Shown here one piece after another: positions 17,477-26,222 of a stretch of 47,579 nt of DNA. Origin of the DNA: Candidatus Aenigmatarchaeota archaeon. Lineage in GTDB: Archaea > Aenigmatarchaeota > Aenigmatarchaeia > CG10238-14. The stretch is taken from positions 1 through 47,579 of the forward strand of contig JAWAAR010000002.1 of the NCBI GenBank assembly GCA_038999265.1. Reading direction: 5' to 3'. The notes under the pieces are model-generated. The model made no database searches. It saw nothing but the letters and a program-made list of their open reading frames with translations, and was not told where the DNA came from. How positions within the stretch are numbered: the stretch's first letter is position 1; the number at the start of each line of letters is the position of its first letter. The position numbers were made by a program, and so were the translations under genes.

Positions 17477-18616
17477 ATGCTTGACCTAGCTTTGAAAAAT
17501 ATCCTGAGGCAAAAGACGAGGACAGCATTAACAGTTATTGGGATAATGATAGGTATAGCTGCAATAGTAGCCTTAGGTTCTATTTCAGAAGGACTTAGGG
17601 TCATGGTTACCCAGCAATTGGAGCAGACGACTGGAATGATAACTGTTATTCAGCAAGGCGAGGGTGGCCTTATATCCAATTATCTGAGGAGCAGCCTTAC
17701 CGAGGAACAAGTAAATGAAATATTATCCTACCCCGGAGTCAAGACTGGGACTCCTGTAATAATAATAAGTGGTTATATTGATGAAAACAAGAAGTTTGGC
17801 CAACCTGATTTATTCAGGATTGGAGTGGACGCATCGAACATAGATCTATACACAACAGAGGCAGTTAAGATAGAAGAGGGTGAAAAGATAGCTCCTGGTG
17901 ACAGGGACTATATTAATATCGGTTTTAGATTGGCTGATAAACTTGGACTTGAGGTAGGGGACACATATGAAATAAATGGAACTTCCCTGACAGTCAAAGG
18001 AATATTCCAAGAGTTCGGCGACCCACAGGTAGATGATGCAATAATCATGCCAATAGAAACTGCAAAAGAACTATTTGCAAGGGATACCTATGTTGCTGTA
18101 ATACTTTATCCTGAAAATATAGAAGATGCAGAAGATTTGGCCCAGGATTTGAATGACAACATCAAAGGCATTTATGCTTTCACAGCATCTCAATTATCAC
18201 AGCAAATAAGCCAGATAATAGACCAAATAGGATTCTTCACAATAGGAATAGCAGCCATTTCAGCAATAGTCGGTGGGTTGGGTGTTATGAATACAATGAT
18301 AATGTCTGTAATGGAAAGGAGGAGAGAAATCGGTGTCCTCAGGGCAATTGGTGCAACAAGGTCCTATGTCATCAGAATGATAATAATAGAATCGGTCCTC
18401 ATAAGTGTTATTGGAGGGGCTGTTGGATTGGGGGTTGGATATTTGGGAGCAAAAGCCCTTGAAATTGCAACAAATTACAATGCAAAAGGAATAGTCACAC
18501 CCAGATTGGCACTTTATTCCTTTATATTTGCCATATTTCTCGGGATTCTAGGTGGTTTTTATCCGGCTAAAAAAGCAGCCGAGTTGAGTCCAATAGAGGC
18601 GTTGAGGTATGAATGA
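17477..18616 (+). CDS. ABC transporter permease, FtsX/MacB-type
   Basis: N-terminal TM helix, a large extracytoplasmic domain, then three C-terminal TM helices with MERRREIGVLRAIGA, typical of the FtsX fold. Overlaps the downstream ATPase gene. Confidence 0.8.
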   Translation: MLDLALKNILRQKTRTALTVIGIMIGIAAIVALGSISEGLRVMVTQQLEQTTGMITVIQQGEGGLISNYLRSSLTEEQVNEILSYPGVKTGTPVIIISGYIDENKKFGQPDLFRIGVDASNIDLYTTEAVKIEEGEKIAPGDRDYINIGFRLADKLGLEVGDTYEINGTSLTVKGIFQEFGDPQVDDAIIMPIETAKELFARDTYVAVILYPENIEDAEDLAQDLNDNIKGIYAFTASQLSQQISQIIDQIGFFTIGIAAISAIVGGLGVMNTMIMSVMERRREIGVLRAIGATRSYVIRMIIIESVLISVIGGAVGLGVGYLGAKALEIATNYNAKGIVTPRLALYSFIFAIFLGILGGFYPAKKAAELSPIEALRYE

Positions 18617-19289
18617 AATAATAATAGAAACAAAAAAACTATGCAAGTATTACAATGAAGGAAAGGAGAATGAGATTAAGGCAATAGACAATGTAAACAT
18701 AAAAATATACAAAGGCGATTTTGTAGCCATAGTTGGGCCTTCTGGAAGTGGAAAAAGCACGCTTCTTCATCTTTTAGGATTGCTCGACAAGCCTTCATGT
18801 GGGAAGATATACTTTGATGGCCAGGATGTCTCTGAATTGACAGATGATGAGATGACAAGGCTGAGGAGGGAAAAGATAGGTTTTGTGTTCCAGCAATTCA
18901 ACTTGATCCCTCTGTTAACGGCAATCGAAAATGTTGAAGTTCCCATGTCACTAGCAGGAAAAAAGGAAGGCGTGAAAGAAAGGGCAAAGGAATTATTAAA
19001 GATGGTTGGACTTGGTCATAGATTAAACAACAAGCCACCTGAAATGTCAGGGGGTGAGCAGCAGAGGGTTGCAATAGCCAGGGCACTTGCAAATGATCCG
19101 GAAATAATTTTGGCTGATGAACCCACGGGAAATTTGGATACAAAAACAGGGAAAGAAATAATAAATATTTTAAAAAACATGGATAAGAAAGGCTTCACAC
19201 TTATTATAATAACCCATGATATGGAAATAGCAAAAGTGGCAGAAAAGATAATAAAGATAAAAGATGGTAAAATAGTAGAAGGTGGTTAA
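18609..19289 (+). CDS. ABC transporter ATP-binding protein (MacB/LolD-type)
   Basis: Walker A GPSGSGKST, signature MSGGEQQRVAIARAL, Walker B ILADEPTGNLD, H-loop ITHD. Confidence 0.9.
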   Translation: MNEIIIETKKLCKYYNEGKENEIKAIDNVNIKIYKGDFVAIVGPSGSGKSTLLHLLGLLDKPSCGKIYFDGQDVSELTDDEMTRLRREKIGFVFQQFNLIPLLTAIENVEVPMSLAGKKEGVKERAKELLKMVGLGHRLNNKPPEMSGGEQQRVAIARALANDPEIILADEPTGNLDTKTGKEIINILKNMDKKGFTLIIITHDMEIAKVAEKIIKIKDGKIVEGG

Positions 19290-20405
19290 ATGAAGAAGAT
19301 TATTTTATTGGTATTGTTATTGATGCCATTGGTTATTGCCGGTGATCAATTCACAATAAATGTTGAATCTGCTTACACAAATCCCTACCCTGTTGAGCCG
19401 GGGCAAAATTTTGTCCTAGGTCTCCAGGTCACAAACCAAGGTTATGAAAAAGTTGATAGCGCTTATATATTATTGGATCCTTCTTATCCTTTCACGGTTC
19501 TAGAGAATCCTAGAAAAAGTGTGAGCAATCTAGGTGCTGGGGACAGGAAAATAGTTGAGTACAACCTTTTTGTAGATTCATCAGCAATCTCAACTGTTTA
19601 TGAAATTCCTGTCAGGGTTTCTTATGGCAGTTTGGTAACACTTACAAAGAGTGTGAAGATCAGGGTCATGGGAACCCCAAAATTTGAAGTTATGGATTTC
19701 AGATCAAATGAAATAAATCCTGGAGACAGGGAAACATTAAACATACAACTTCAGAATGTTGGTTCTGGTAGTGCTAAAAAGATGACGGCAACCTTTATTT
19801 CCTCCTCAGAATTAATAAAACCAATTTTTGTGGGAGGAAGTGTTTATATAAATGAATTCAAGCCTGGAGACAAACAGTGGATAAAATTTGAGGTAGTTGT
19901 TGATAAAGACGCAGACTATGGGGTTTATCCGGGCACAATAATCCTCAAATACTCTGATGAATCGGGAGTTGAACACCAGGAAAGTTTTAGCATAGGCATC
20001 CTTGTAAGTGGAACCCCTAGGTTTGAGGTAGTCGATACAAATGTTGACCTCAAAAACAGGAAATTAGAGGTAGATGTGATAAACTCAGGTACTGCAAGTG
20101 GAATTGGGATAAAGTGTGATTTATGGATTGGGGAAAAACTTTTTGACACTTATTATATAACTCAAGTAAAGATTGACAAAAAATCAACAATAAAGTTTGA
20201 TTTACCAACAACAAAGGAAACAAATGGAAAATTGGTCTTATCTTACAGGGGGCCAGATAACAGGGAATACAAACAAGAGGAAACAATCTCATGGGAAAGG
20301 CCTAGAGGAAGCAATTCGATATTAATAATTGCTATTGGGCTGGTTGGAATTTATGTTCTCTGGAAGAAACCTTGGAAAAAGTTATTAAAGAAGAAAAAAT
20401 ACTAA
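19290..20405 (+). CDS. Signal peptide plus C-terminally anchored repeat beta-sandwich protein (COG1361/S-layer-domain-like)
   Basis: Signal helix. Three similar modules (NPYPVEPGQNF...; INPGDRETLNIQLQNVGSGSA...; KLEVDVINSGTASG...). C-terminal TM helix plus KKPWKKLLKKKKY. Its ATG abuts the ABC ATPase stop. Confidence 0.7.
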   Translation: MKKIILLVLLLMPLVIAGDQFTINVESAYTNPYPVEPGQNFVLGLQVTNQGYEKVDSAYILLDPSYPFTVLENPRKSVSNLGAGDRKIVEYNLFVDSSAISTVYEIPVRVSYGSLVTLTKSVKIRVMGTPKFEVMDFRSNEINPGDRETLNIQLQNVGSGSAKKMTATFISSSELIKPIFVGGSVYINEFKPGDKQWIKFEVVVDKDADYGVYPGTIILKYSDESGVEHQESFSIGILVSGTPRFEVVDTNVDLKNRKLEVDVINSGTASGIGIKCDLWIGEKLFDTYYITQVKIDKKSTIKFDLPTTKETNGKLVLSYRGPDNREYKQEETISWERPRGSNSILIIAIGLVGIYVLWKKPWKKLLKKKKY

Positions 20406-21145
20406 GCCTTCCTCTTGAATGCCAAAGTGCTTATGAATAGCATCGATGTTGAGAAAACCAAAACTACTGCCAGACTTATATAAAAAGGGATAGTTGAATA
20501 ACCTATGAGTATATATCTCAGCAACTCAACTCCATAGGTAACCGGATCGATATAAGGTATGAATTTTAGGTATGGTGGGAGATTGTTTATTGGGAATAAA
20601 GCACCTGAAAGAAATACCAGAGGCATGACAAGGAAGTTGAATAACAATTGAAAACCTTCTATGTTGTTCATCAATGACCCCAAAGTTATCCCTATACCAA
20701 CCAAACCTAAGGATATAAACAAAATTATTGGTATCATAAGTAGTATTGTGTAAAAGCTTACATTCAAACCAATCAACATTGAAATAAACATTATCAACAT
20801 ACCTTGGATTAATGCTGTTGTTGCTGTTCCCAGGGATTTACCAAGAACTATTGATATTCTTGAAACCGGGGCGACCAACATCTCCTTCATAAAACCCAAT
20901 TCCTTGTCCCATATTATTGATATTCCTGATGAAACAGATGTAAAAACTACTGTCATCATGATGACACCCGGTGAGATGAATGTCCTATAATCTAAATTAC
21001 CAATGTCAACTGAAGGTCTCATGCTACTTCCAAAGACAACCAGCCAAAATAGAGGCATAACTAATGATCCTATTATCCTCTCTTTCTGACGGAAGTACCT
21101 TATCATCTCCCTGAGCCATACTGTGTAAATAGCTTCAAAACTCAC
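20402..21145 (-). CDS. ABC-2 type transporter permease
   Basis: 247 aa with six hydrophobic helices. Overlaps the upstream ATPase gene by 4 nt (21142-21145). Confidence 0.8.
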   Translation of the reverse strand: MSFEAIYTVWLREMIRYFRQKERIIGSLVMPLFWLVVFGSSMRPSVDIGNLDYRTFISPGVIMMTVVFTSVSSGISIIWDKELGFMKEMLVAPVSRISIVLGKSLGTATTALIQGMLIMFISMLIGLNVSFYTILLMIPIILFISLGLVGIGITLGSLMNNIEGFQLLFNFLVMPLVFLSGALFPINNLPPYLKFIPYIDPVTYGVELLRYILIGYSTIPFYISLAVVLVFSTSMLFISTLAFKRKA

Positions 21146-22122
21146 CTAAAACCACCCCTTCCAATCCTCATCTTCCTAAGTTGTTCTTTTAGATCTGGAT
21201 CACTTTCTCTTATCTCACGACCTGTTAGTTTGAGAAAGACATCATTCAATGTTGGTTTCCTGATGTTGACTTCCAAGACATTTATTTTATTTCTCTTGCA
21301 TTTTTCCATAATTTCCTCTATCTGTTTTCCTGCATTTTTAACTGAAAGAAGAATTTGTCCATTGAATTTTTTAGCATTTTTGAAAATCCTCATCGCCTTC
21401 TCGATATCCTTGTCTTCCACATCCAAGATTATTGTATCTCCCTGTAAACTATCCTTTAGGTTCTTTGGTTTATCCATGGCTATTATTTTACCATGATCAA
21501 TTATCGCAACTCTATCACACATCTCATCAGCTTCTTCCATGTAGTGGGTTGTAAGGAAGATTGTCATCCCATATTCCTTCTTGAGTTTGAGGATGTAGTC
21601 CCAAACATGCCTTCTTGTTTGTGGGTCAAGCCCAATTGTCGGTTCATCAAGGAAAAGGACTTTTGGGTAGTGGATGAGACCCCTGGCTATTTCCAATCTC
21701 CTTTGCATACCCCCAGAAAAGGTCTTGACTATTGAGTTTTCCCTGTCTTTCAATTCAACCATCTCAAGAACTTCATTAATCCTCTTTTTCCTTTCTTCTC
21801 TTGGCACCCCATAAAGCCTTGCGTGCAATTCCAAATTCTCTCTCGCAGTCAATCTATCATCCAGAGTTGTGTCCTGGAAGACCAGGCCTATACATCTTCT
21901 TACCTCATTTTCCTGTGAAACAATGTCATAACCACAAATTCTTGCCAACCCTGAAGTTGGTTTTATCAAGGTGCATAACATGTTTATCGTGGTTGTTTTA
22001 CCGGCACCATTGGGGCCTAGAAAACCGAATATTTCTCCTTTTCTGACAGTAAATGATATGCCATCAACAGCATTTATTGAATTGAATCTTTTGGAGAGAT
22101 TCTCAACTTCTATGACATTCAT
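21142..22122 (-). CDS. ABC transporter ATP-binding protein (DrrA/CcmA-like, ABC-2 partner)
   Basis: Walker A GPNGAGKTT, signature FSGGMQRRLEIARGL, Walker B LFLDEPTIGLD, H-loop TTHYM, plus a C-terminal extension. Confidence 0.9.
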   Translation of the reverse strand: MNVIEVENLSKRFNSINAVDGISFTVRKGEIFGFLGPNGAGKTTTINMLCTLIKPTSGLARICGYDIVSQENEVRRCIGLVFQDTTLDDRLTARENLELHARLYGVPREERKKRINEVLEMVELKDRENSIVKTFSGGMQRRLEIARGLIHYPKVLFLDEPTIGLDPQTRRHVWDYILKLKKEYGMTIFLTTHYMEEADEMCDRVAIIDHGKIIAMDKPKNLKDSLQGDTIILDVEDKDIEKAMRIFKNAKKFNGQILLSVKNAGKQIEEIMEKCKRNKINVLEVNIRKPTLNDVFLKLTGREIRESDPDLKEQLRKMRIGRGGFR

Positions 22123-22327
22123 GAAATCAAGAAATAAATTTGAATGTGGTTTTATTAATAGTTTCCAATTTCTTGAAATTTGTAGATCTATATAGAAGAA
22201 GGAGATAATTTTTAGAGATTCTACGAGAGCTTCTTAAGAAATTTTTAGAAAATGGGTTTAGCAAATTTGATTAAAATTTTATTTTTCTTAAAAACTCAAT
22301 TTATCCTTAAAAAACAAAATATACACC

Positions 22328-22735
22328 ATGAAATTTGAGAGGGCTTATGATATTCAGGTAAAACTAAACAGGATACTTTCTGTCCTAGAGCCATCCCACA
22401 TAGACAGGAAAAGAATAATTTGCATGAGGAGTTTTGGTTCAAAATCAAAAGCAATCGCAAGGATATGGAGCATGCCTAGGATTTGGCAAAAAGCGCTTGG
22501 GATAAAATCACACTATGTGATAGAGGTTATCTCAGAGAGATTTGACAAACTCAATGAAGAAGAAAAAGAGAAGGTTTTGATACACGAGATGATGCATATA
22601 CCAAAAACATTTAGTGGGGCCCTCGTCCCACACAGGTGTTTTGGGAAAAGGATAGACAATAGATCCGTTGAAAAAATCTACCAGGAATACAAGAGAAGAC
22701 TAAAAGAATTCAATAAATCAACTATTTTCACTTAA
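22328..22735 (+). CDS. Putative small zinc metallopeptidase (SprT/WLM-like HExxH protein)
   Basis: The single motif LIHEMMHIP in a 135-aa basic protein. Family assignment is tentative. Confidence 0.55.
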   Translation: MKFERAYDIQVKLNRILSVLEPSHIDRKRIICMRSFGSKSKAIARIWSMPRIWQKALGIKSHYVIEVISERFDKLNEEEKEKVLIHEMMHIPKTFSGALVPHRCFGKRIDNRSVEKIYQEYKRRLKEFNKSTIFT

Positions 22736-22782
22736 ACCAAACCTTTGAAAGATGCTTAAAAAATAAATAAAAACTATTAGGC

Positions 22783-22899
22783 ATGAACTGTAAAAGATGC
22801 AATGGTTATTTCTTCTTTAGTTACAGTGGTATATGGAGGGAAAACCTCATCTGTCTTAGTTGCGGAAATGTTGACCACAGGTTGAAGATATTCTTGTAA
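22783..22899 (+). CDS. Candidate 38-aa zinc-ribbon protein (below the ORF-track length cutoff)
   Basis: ATG 22783 to TAA 22897-22899 gives MNCKRCNGYFFFSYSGIWRENLICLSCGNVDHRLKIFL, with C-x-x-C ... C-x-x-C. Sits in the gap just upstream of the FlaJ-like gene. Confidence 0.3.
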   Translation: MNCKRCNGYFFFSYSGIWRENLICLSCGNVDHRLKIFL

Positions 22900-22931
22900 A
22901 AAACTTTAATTCAGGAACCCAATTATTATTG

Positions 22932-25043
22932 ATGTCCATCTTCAAGAAAAAAGAAATTGACTTAAAGAAAATAGAAGAAGAGGCAAAAAATTATTCACCA
23001 AAGGAAATCAAAGAACCAAAGAGACCCTTGTTTGAAAGAGCCTGCAAGTTTGCAGAGAGAACCTTAAAATTGAAGGCATCAGAAAATGCTAGGAAAAAGA
23101 TGAATGAGTCAATAATGATGCTGGACATGGATATAACACCTGATGGTGTCTTCTCTCTTTCAATCTTAACATTGATCGTACTTCTTGTTGGTATTCTCCC
23201 GCTTTTCCTAATTTCAGTAAGTCTTGGTGTTCTAATGTTTTTTATTCCGTTTATTGTAGCATATATAATTTACACCTATCCTAGTTATTTGGCAACTGTC
23301 ACTAAAATAAGGGCAGCTGATGAAACCATAAAGGTTATACTTTACATGGTCATATATCTCAGATTTAATCCACAACTGGAGGGGGCCTTGAATTTTGCAG
23401 CTGAACATTGTCATGGCCCAATTGGAAAGGATTTCAAACAAATCCTCTGGGGAATAGAAACTGGCAGGTTTATGAATATAAATCAAGCAATAAGCAGCAA
23501 GATGGAAAAGTGGCTTCTGTGGGACAAAGAGTTTGTGGAATCCTTGAATCTGATTCTTTCGATAACCAGGATGACAACTGAAGATGTTAGAAACAAAAGT
23601 TTGGAAAAGGCCCTTTCATACATCCTTACCTCAACATATGAAAAGATGAAGGATTATAGCCAGAATCTGAGATCCCCGATAACAATGATACATAGCATGG
23701 GTATAACATTTCCATTAATGGGGCTTATAATGTTTCCAATGATATCAATCTTTCTACATGACCAATTTAATCCAATATATTTGGCTTTTGGATACATCGT
23801 TGTACTTCCATTGATACTATACTTTTACCTGAAAAGAACGATCTCAAAAAGACCAGGAGCATTCTCCTTTCCAGATATATCATATCACCCAGATTTACCC
23901 CCACCTGGCAAATACTCACTCAAGATGTTCAAGAAAAAATATTTTGTGCCTGTAGCAATAGTTGCAATAATGGTGATGTTTTATGTTTCCATCCCGGGAA
24001 TTGCCCACTTTTTCACATTGGCTTACAACTATTTTTCTCTAAAGAAAAATCCAGTAACATTTGAGGAGATGTGGAAAAGCTATCTTGGGAAGCAGTATCA
24101 ACCAGAAGTTTTATTCAGCCTTACCTTCTATTCCCTAAGTATAGTATGGGGTATTGGGCTGGCTGTGGTAATATATTGTCTGGGGATGAGTTACCAGAGG
24201 TTGAAAATAAGAAATGAGATAAAACAGATAGAAGATGAATTCCAGATAGCTCTTTTCAACTTAGCTGATGTTCTGTCATCCGGCATACCAATAGAAACTG
24301 CCTTAGAAGAAGTGTCCTTCAAATATAAGCAATCAAAAATGGATAAATCACCGATGTACACATTCTTCACCGAGATGTTAAGGAACATGAAAAACATGGG
24401 GATGACATTGGAAAGGGCTGTGTTTGACAGGAATTACGGGGCAATAATAAGGTTTCCATCTAAAATTGTCCACGATATAATGAGGATAATAATATCTGCG
24501 TCAACAAAATCATCTGTTATACTTTCAGTTGCAACCAGATCTATCTCTGACTTCCTTTCAAAAACAAGGAACATAGAATCTATGCTAAAGGAGATGCTTG
24601 AAGAAGTTTCATCTGCAATAAAACTACAGGCATCTTTTATTGCGCCATTCATCTGTGCTATAGTGGCTGCTATGGCAACATTTATAGTTGAATTATTGCA
24701 AAAGATTGCAGAATTTTTAGCATCAATAGAGGAGACATTTAATATGGGTGGTACATTTGTGCATAGTGGTACCGTGGGTTTGGGAGAAACCATTGGTTTA
24801 ATAAAAATAGAACAGGTGATGCCACCGACGGCCTTTCAATTGATAGTTGGGATATATATGATAGAAATAGTTGTTATTCTATCCTACTTTGGAAATGGGA
24901 TAAGAAATGGTTTTGACGAAACAACCAGAAATGTATCCATAGGGAAAACACTTTTCACATCCCTCATACTTTACTCTTTTCTACTTCTATTAGCATTGTT
25001 TATGATGAGGACAATGGTTCCTGTATTTGGAATGGGTGGTTAG
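22932..25043 (+). CDS. Polytopic membrane platform protein of the T2SS-F/FlaJ/TadC family (archaeal type IV pilus/archaellum assembly)
   Basis: About 700 aa with at least 8 TM segments and two soluble regions shaped like T2SSF domains (ADETIKVILYMVIYLRFNPQLEGALNFAAEHCHGPIGKDFKQILWGIETG; EDEFQIALFNLADVLSSGIPIETALEEV). Directly precedes a pilin-like gene. TTG 22929 is an alternative start. Confidence 0.6.
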   Translation: MSIFKKKEIDLKKIEEEAKNYSPKEIKEPKRPLFERACKFAERTLKLKASENARKKMNESIMMLDMDITPDGVFSLSILTLIVLLVGILPLFLISVSLGVLMFFIPFIVAYIIYTYPSYLATVTKIRAADETIKVILYMVIYLRFNPQLEGALNFAAEHCHGPIGKDFKQILWGIETGRFMNINQAISSKMEKWLLWDKEFVESLNLILSITRMTTEDVRNKSLEKALSYILTSTYEKMKDYSQNLRSPITMIHSMGITFPLMGLIMFPMISIFLHDQFNPIYLAFGYIVVLPLILYFYLKRTISKRPGAFSFPDISYHPDLPPPGKYSLKMFKKKYFVPVAIVAIMVMFYVSIPGIAHFFTLAYNYFSLKKNPVTFEEMWKSYLGKQYQPEVLFSLTFYSLSIVWGIGLAVVIYCLGMSYQRLKIRNEIKQIEDEFQIALFNLADVLSSGIPIETALEEVSFKYKQSKMDKSPMYTFFTEMLRNMKNMGMTLERAVFDRNYGAIIRFPSKIVHDIMRIIISASTKSSVILSVATRSISDFLSKTRNIESMLKEMLEEVSSAIKLQASFIAPFICAIVAAMATFIVELLQKIAEFLASIEETFNMGGTFVHSGTVGLGETIGLIKIEQVMPPTAFQLIVGIYMIEIVVILSYFGNGIRNGFDETTRNVSIGKTLFTSLILYSFLLLLALFMMRTMVPVFGMGG

Positions 25044-25595
25044 ATGAAGGGAATGGCACTTGAAACGGTTGGTTTTGTTATAATAGCACTGGTTGGGGTT
25101 TTATTGCTTATACTATTTATCTCTGGATCCCTGTCTGACCTGACAAAAAATGTCTTCTGTTTTTTTTATGAGAAGGTCTCTTCTAAAAATATAGAAACCT
25201 GTGAGGAAATAGAAAAACCAATGGAACAAATTACAATAAGTCCAAAGTCATCCGAAGATCTTGCAAGATATATCGCAGCTTATTCTATAATTTGCTGGGA
25301 AAATGCTAGAAAGTCTATTAAAACAAAAGATACTAACTGCTTTAATTTAAGGCTGGAAGGTGGTTCTTTAAGTCCGCCAGTTTATGAGATTGATGTCACA
25401 AATATTCTTATAAGTGAAGGAGGATGTAATAGATTAGAAAATAGCCAGAGTATTGATTCATCTGGAGGTATTCAAAATACAAACTGTGGAACACATGATA
25501 ATATAGGATGGGAAGTTGATGGTGGGATATCAGACCAAAAACTAATACTGATAAAATACAGTGATTTTAACAGACAAGTAATTATAAAAGGCTAG
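25044..25595 (+). CDS. Class III signal peptide (pilin-like) protein
   Basis: MKGMALETVGFVIIALVGVLLLILFISG: an M-K-G leader, an acidic residue near +4/+5, and a hydrophobic helix. The ATG abuts the platform gene stop. Confidence 0.65.
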   Translation: MKGMALETVGFVIIALVGVLLLILFISGSLSDLTKNVFCFFYEKVSSKNIETCEEIEKPMEQITISPKSSEDLARYIAAYSIICWENARKSIKTKDTNCFNLRLEGGSLSPPVYEIDVTNILISEGGCNRLENSQSIDSSGGIQNTNCGTHDNIGWEVDGGISDQKLILIKYSDFNRQVIIKG

Positions 25596-26211
25596 ATTTT
25601 TTCCTTGTTAAAGTTATTGCTATTATTGCTGTCAAAAGGATCACAAGAACAACCGGGAGGATGTATATGTATTTAGGTACTGGTTTTTTCAGGCAGTCCT
25701 TATCCACATTTCCCATACAATCTGGGTCACACATTCTATCTTCTATCGGATTGCAAACCTTATCGTATGAGCCTGATTTGCAATCTTTCGGGCAACTGAA
25801 ATATGTTTCAAATCCTTCACAGGTTTTATTGTTGTTGCAAAGCTTTCCTGTCAACTGATACCTGAAAATCTCATCTCCTTGTTTTTTAACTATTAGATAA
25901 TCTATGTCATCAAAATACTCTAAATTTATCATTCTAGATGTTTTATTAACCTCTATTGGCGGATCGGACATCAGCAAAAATGTCAAATATATTTTTTTCT
26001 CAAGGACTGTTTTACCATCAGATATAAGTTCTATTGAATATGTGCCACCTTCCTCTGATTTCTTTGGATATCCTGGCATTGCTCTAATGTCAATCAATCT
26101 TACATCATCATCTTTTGTGAATTCAAGATTAACCTGTATTATTTTTTCTTGGGATTCAACTAATTGAAATAGTAACAAAACGAAGAGAATTGAAATTAAA
26201 ATTTTTTTCAT
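25582..26211 (-). CDS. Signal peptide plus C-terminally anchored protein with the C-x(n)-C-P-x-D-C motif; partner of the upstream protease; paralog of 30640..31191
   Basis: MKKILISILFVLLLFQLVES signal. LCNNNKTCEGFETYFSCPKDC. C-terminal TM helix plus RKK. AGGTGAT SD 5 nt before the ATG and 11 nt after the protease stop. Confidence 0.6.
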   Translation of the reverse strand: MKKILISILFVLLLFQLVESQEKIIQVNLEFTKDDDVRLIDIRAMPGYPKKSEEGGTYSIELISDGKTVLEKKIYLTFLLMSDPPIEVNKTSRMINLEYFDDIDYLIVKKQGDEIFRYQLTGKLCNNNKTCEGFETYFSCPKDCKSGSYDKVCNPIEDRMCDPDCMGNVDKDCLKKPVPKYIYILPVVLVILLTAIIAITLTRKKSSLL

Positions 26212-26222
26212 TTAAATCACCT

